From an uncultured bacterium (GTDB taxonomy: Bacteria > Hydrogenedentota > Hydrogenedentia > Hydrogenedentales > JAEUWI01), in contig CAXBPH010000027.1 of assembly GCA_963977445.1 (NCBI GenBank), forward strand, positions 1-39,739: a DNA stretch of 39,739 bases, read 5' to 3'. Position 1 is the stretch's first letter. Each line of letters opens with the position of its first letter. Below the pieces are notes generated by a model, which was not told the DNA's origin, made no database searches, and was given only the letters and a program-made list of their open reading frames with translations. This document shows positions 36,741 to 39,739 of this stretch, one piece after another. The position numbers were made by a program, and so were the translations under genes.

Positions 36741-39644
36741 CTATGGAAACCGAACTACTCCCCATTGCAGGTCCGGCTGGGCACCGTATTCGTGGGCCCA
36801 TGCGCTTTCTTCCTGGCGGACGCCCAGTCGATTTCGCACCACATTCATCAGCAGCGTATCGCCCCGGCGGAAGGGGCCGACCAGTTCCGTCGGTACCCGC
36901 ACCACAGCGGACCAGCCATGGTCATTGCGCTCCGCGACGGCAGACCAGTCACCGTTCCAGCCGCCATCGTAGGCCTCGCTGTCGTATTGGGTGCCCATGG
37001 GACTGACAATAAGCCGGAGGGGAGCCCGCCCCTTGCGTTGCAACCAGAGCTCCACGCTTTCCTGCTCCCACAGAGACGCATCCCGTGTGGCAAGGTCTGC
37101 AATAATGGCATCGGGGCGCGTTTCGCTGGCTTCTATGCCGAAATACAAGGCTTCCCGGGTATGGGTGACCCGAAGCGCTGTTGGGGCCTCGGCAAAGCCC
37201 CGCACGTCACCCCGCTGGAGAAAGCTGTCGCCCTGGGGCGCATCCGACCAGGATCGTCCTTCAAAACGAGGCACCATGGCCGGAGCCTGAACCGCGTAGT
37301 GCGCATTCATCACCGGCGCACTCTTTTCAGCGAATAAACGTACATCGCGAAGTACCAGGGGCGTACGGGTTCCGGTGGCCGTCATACGGAGCCCGTCGGC
37401 GGCCATGGGGTCTTTAATCAGCAGGGGACCCCGCACTTCAGACTGGGCCCGCGAGCCTGCCCATTGCTGCACGCCGCCATAGGTGCCCTGTGCGCCTTGG
37501 GCATCCAACTGCAGGGTATCAATGCCCAAGCCTTCGAAGTCGATACGTCGAACGGGCGCCTGGCCACGAAGCAGGTCTAAGGTTGCCATCACCTGCCCTT
37601 GCTGGTCCTCGTAGACGGGAATGATAGGCACTTCATAAAGCGTGCTCTCAAATCGTCCCGGGCAAAAGTAGCGCACGTCTTCCTGAAAGAGGATAGATGC
37701 CGGCACAAAAAGCTTCTGCCCCTCTATGGTATCCAGAATACGTTGATAGCGCTCCGGTGCTGCCGCGGGATCCTGGGCCTGAATCGTTTCCACCAGTCGC
37801 TGCAGCTTGCGCACTGTCCCATCGTCGCCCTCCCGCGAGAAAGCTTCTTCGAGGGTCAGATAGGTGGTGAGAATGGACAACATGGAATCAACCGCAGTAG
37901 CCCCATCCGCGTCGCTCTCGAGTAATTCTTCATTCTGTTCGACAAAATCATGGTAGGCCCCATACACGCCCTCGGGCCGCTCACCGGCCAGGGTCTTGCC
38001 ATTCAAATAGCGGACCAACGCTGTCTGAAGCTCTTTATGCCCCGGGGACGTAAAATTCGCATTGAAATAGGTATTCAAGCCCCGCACCCAGATGCCCCCG
38101 TCGGCCGCACCCGTCCACGCTGCAGCCAGCACGTCCTCAATCGACTCCGGATCTTCGGATAGCGCTATGAGCCCGCCCGCCTCGGCACCACGGTCTACCA
38201 GGGATTGAACGAGCATCTGAACTGCCCCCATGGAACCGTCGACGCCGACGATGAGTGGGCTGTCCAGCAGGGGACCCAGTTGGGCGAGACGGACCCGCGC
38301 TTCGTCGGTCGATTCGATGTGGACCCGTCCCAGTGTGTGTATGCGCTCTGGAATCTCTCCGCCCACGTCGTCCAGGCCATAGGTCGTTGCCGATTGGAAT
38401 GGATTGAGCAAATCGGCCCAAATCATGGGCGTCACGCGCTCATCCGCATCGTTGAGCATGATATTGAGCAGCGAAAGGCTCTGTACGAATCGCTCGCTGT
38501 TGCTCATGTTTGAACGCTCCGAACGAATATCCGTGTTGAAGCGTCCGATGCTCCCATGGTCGAAATGGATGTAGCGTGGCTGGAGCGTGGTCACAAGACG
38601 CTCAATACGTTCTTCGAGCCAGTGCCAGGCCTCGGGCTCGGCAAAGGCCAGGGAGGAAGAATCGGCGGTGGCGATGCTGTAGCGCACGGTCACGGTGCCC
38701 CCATGGGGTATGGCCCCTTCTAACTCACGCCAGATGCGCCATCGCGGACCGTCGGGGTGGAAGGGAGCCTGAATGGCCGGACCTTCCAGCCAATAGTCTT
38801 CCCCCAAGGTGCAGGGAACGCCACTGACCGTAACTTCAATCTCTTTGGAATCGATAGCAATGATGTTGGGATACCCCAGAGGCTTGGACTCGGCACCAAA
38901 CAAGACAATCTGTTCGGTGATGCCACGCCCTTCGATGAGGTGGGGATAATCCCGAAGAATTGTCTCCATGCCGTCGAGGGTGGAAAAAACGGGAATGGGT
39001 TCCATATGGGCGGCGCGCACGTTGTCGAAGGCCTGCCGCCAGGCTTCGGCACGAACCCCGGTGAGTTCGTAGAAATCGTCGCTCTGAATAAACAGGTGGG
39101 TCGCCCGCAGCCCCGCCAGGCGATCGAGCTCCCGTGAGGTTGGTAGGGTTTTGGTATACACCGCCCGGACGGCCAGGGTGGGCCAGTCGCGCACTTCCAG
39201 ATAGGGCAGGTTGGCCCCGTATTCCCCCACGAGGCTCGCAACGGCATGGAGGCCATACCAGAGGCCCGTTTCATCGGCACCGACGAGCACGATACCCTGT
39301 TTCCCCACGGAAAGCTGGTAGCCTGATGGGGGCAACGGGTAGTCATCGGGAACAAAGCGGCGCAGCTTACGTTTTTCCAACGCGCCGGGATGGGCCACGG
39401 TAGCCACGTAAAATGCCGTGGGAGCCTTGTCTACCTGGGAGGCCGGCGCGACCTGGGGACGCCCCCCCAGCACTTCCGCAACGGGCGCGAGGAGGGCCTC
39501 CCGTCCGGGAACAAATTCATCGGAGAGGACCACCATGGTATCGGGCCGCAAGTAGAAATGGTCGTCTTCATCGACCGAAATCTCCCGGGGGGTTGGGCTC
39601 AGTGCGACAGCGCTCAGTGCGAGGAAAGTTGTCCAGATCCACAT
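36741..39644 (-). CDS. Secreted GH20-like protein: GH20 domain-2 (zincin-like), degenerate TIM barrel, C-terminal CBM9-like domain
   Basis: LSPTPREI, GYQLSV...VGADETGLWYG...DWPTLAVR (Glyco_hydro_20b-like), PMIWADLLNP, and C-terminal LYFGIEA...RDASLWEQESVEL...GWSAVVRVP...MNVVRNR. Confidence 0.75.
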   Translation of the reverse strand: MWIWTTFLALSAVALSPTPREISVDEDDHFYLRPDTMVVLSDEFVPGREALLAPVAEVLGGRPQVAPASQVDKAPTAFYVATVAHPGALEKRKLRRFVPDDYPLPPSGYQLSVGKQGIVLVGADETGLWYGLHAVASLVGEYGANLPYLEVRDWPTLAVRAVYTKTLPTSRELDRLAGLRATHLFIQSDDFYELTGVRAEAWRQAFDNVRAAHMEPIPVFSTLDGMETILRDYPHLIEGRGITEQIVLFGAESKPLGYPNIIAIDSKEIEVTVSGVPCTLGEDYWLEGPAIQAPFHPDGPRWRIWRELEGAIPHGGTVTVRYSIATADSSSLAFAEPEAWHWLEERIERLVTTLQPRYIHFDHGSIGRFNTDIRSERSNMSNSERFVQSLSLLNIMLNDADERVTPMIWADLLNPFQSATTYGLDDVGGEIPERIHTLGRVHIESTDEARVRLAQLGPLLDSPLIVGVDGSMGAVQMLVQSLVDRGAEAGGLIALSEDPESIEDVLAAAWTGAADGGIWVRGLNTYFNANFTSPGHKELQTALVRYLNGKTLAGERPEGVYGAYHDFVEQNEELLESDADGATAVDSMLSILTTYLTLEEAFSREGDDGTVRKLQRLVETIQAQDPAAAPERYQRILDTIEGQKLFVPASILFQEDVRYFCPGRFESTLYEVPIIPVYEDQQGQVMATLDLLRGQAPVRRIDFEGLGIDTLQLDAQGAQGTYGGVQQWAGSRAQSEVRGPLLIKDPMAADGLRMTATGTRTPLVLRDVRLFAEKSAPVMNAHYAVQAPAMVPRFEGRSWSDAPQGDSFLQRGDVRGFAEAPTALRVTHTREALYFGIEASETRPDAIIADLATRDASLWEQESVELWLQRKGRAPLRLIVSPMGTQYDSEAYDGGWNGDWSAVAERNDHGWSAVVRVPTELVGPFRRGDTLLMNVVRNRLGVRQEESAWAHEYGAQPDLQWGVVRFP

Positions 39645-39739
39645 CGTAGTCGGTCCTTTATTCCAGGCAACCGGATACGGGAACACCCCTCATCGAAGGC
39701 CCCCACGCCAACCCGGTTCCTACGTTTCGCGTGAAGTGA

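Overview
Bacterial chromosomal segment of moderately high GC, gene-dense, with no rRNA, tRNA, CRISPR array or transposase that I can recognise. In order: the 3' part of an FprA/adrenodoxin-reductase-type ferredoxin-NADP+ reductase; a minus-strand heme-copper oxidase assembly operon (ctaA, ctaB, SCO, DUF420); a PTS EIIA-CBS fusion paired with an ArsB/NhaD/SLC13-type permease; a fold-type III PLP enzyme; an SGNH esterase; an orphan hybrid histidine kinase; and an FG-GAP repeat protein. A roughly 19 kb block of envelope-related genes follows: divergent membrane protein, DUF4097, ECF sigma, anti-sigma, a frameshifted carboxypeptidase-regulatory-repeat surface protein, a four-gene ABC-2 cassette flanked by identical 16-bp palindromic repeats, MFS, DegP with a candidate sigma-54 promoter, and a thioester alpha-2-macroglobulin without adjacent pbpC. 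The window ends with three tandem secreted neutral-ceramidase-fold hydrolases, a UPF0175/PIN toxin-antitoxin pair whose toxin is truncated at a cluster of palindromes, and a probably catalytically dead GH20-like/CBM9-like protein. The best candidates for an undescribed system are the putative ECF-controlled envelope-protection cluster with a shared GAAAC-N16/17-CGGTC motif and the EIIA-CBS/ion-transporter pair. All family assignments come from motif recognition by eye, not database searches.
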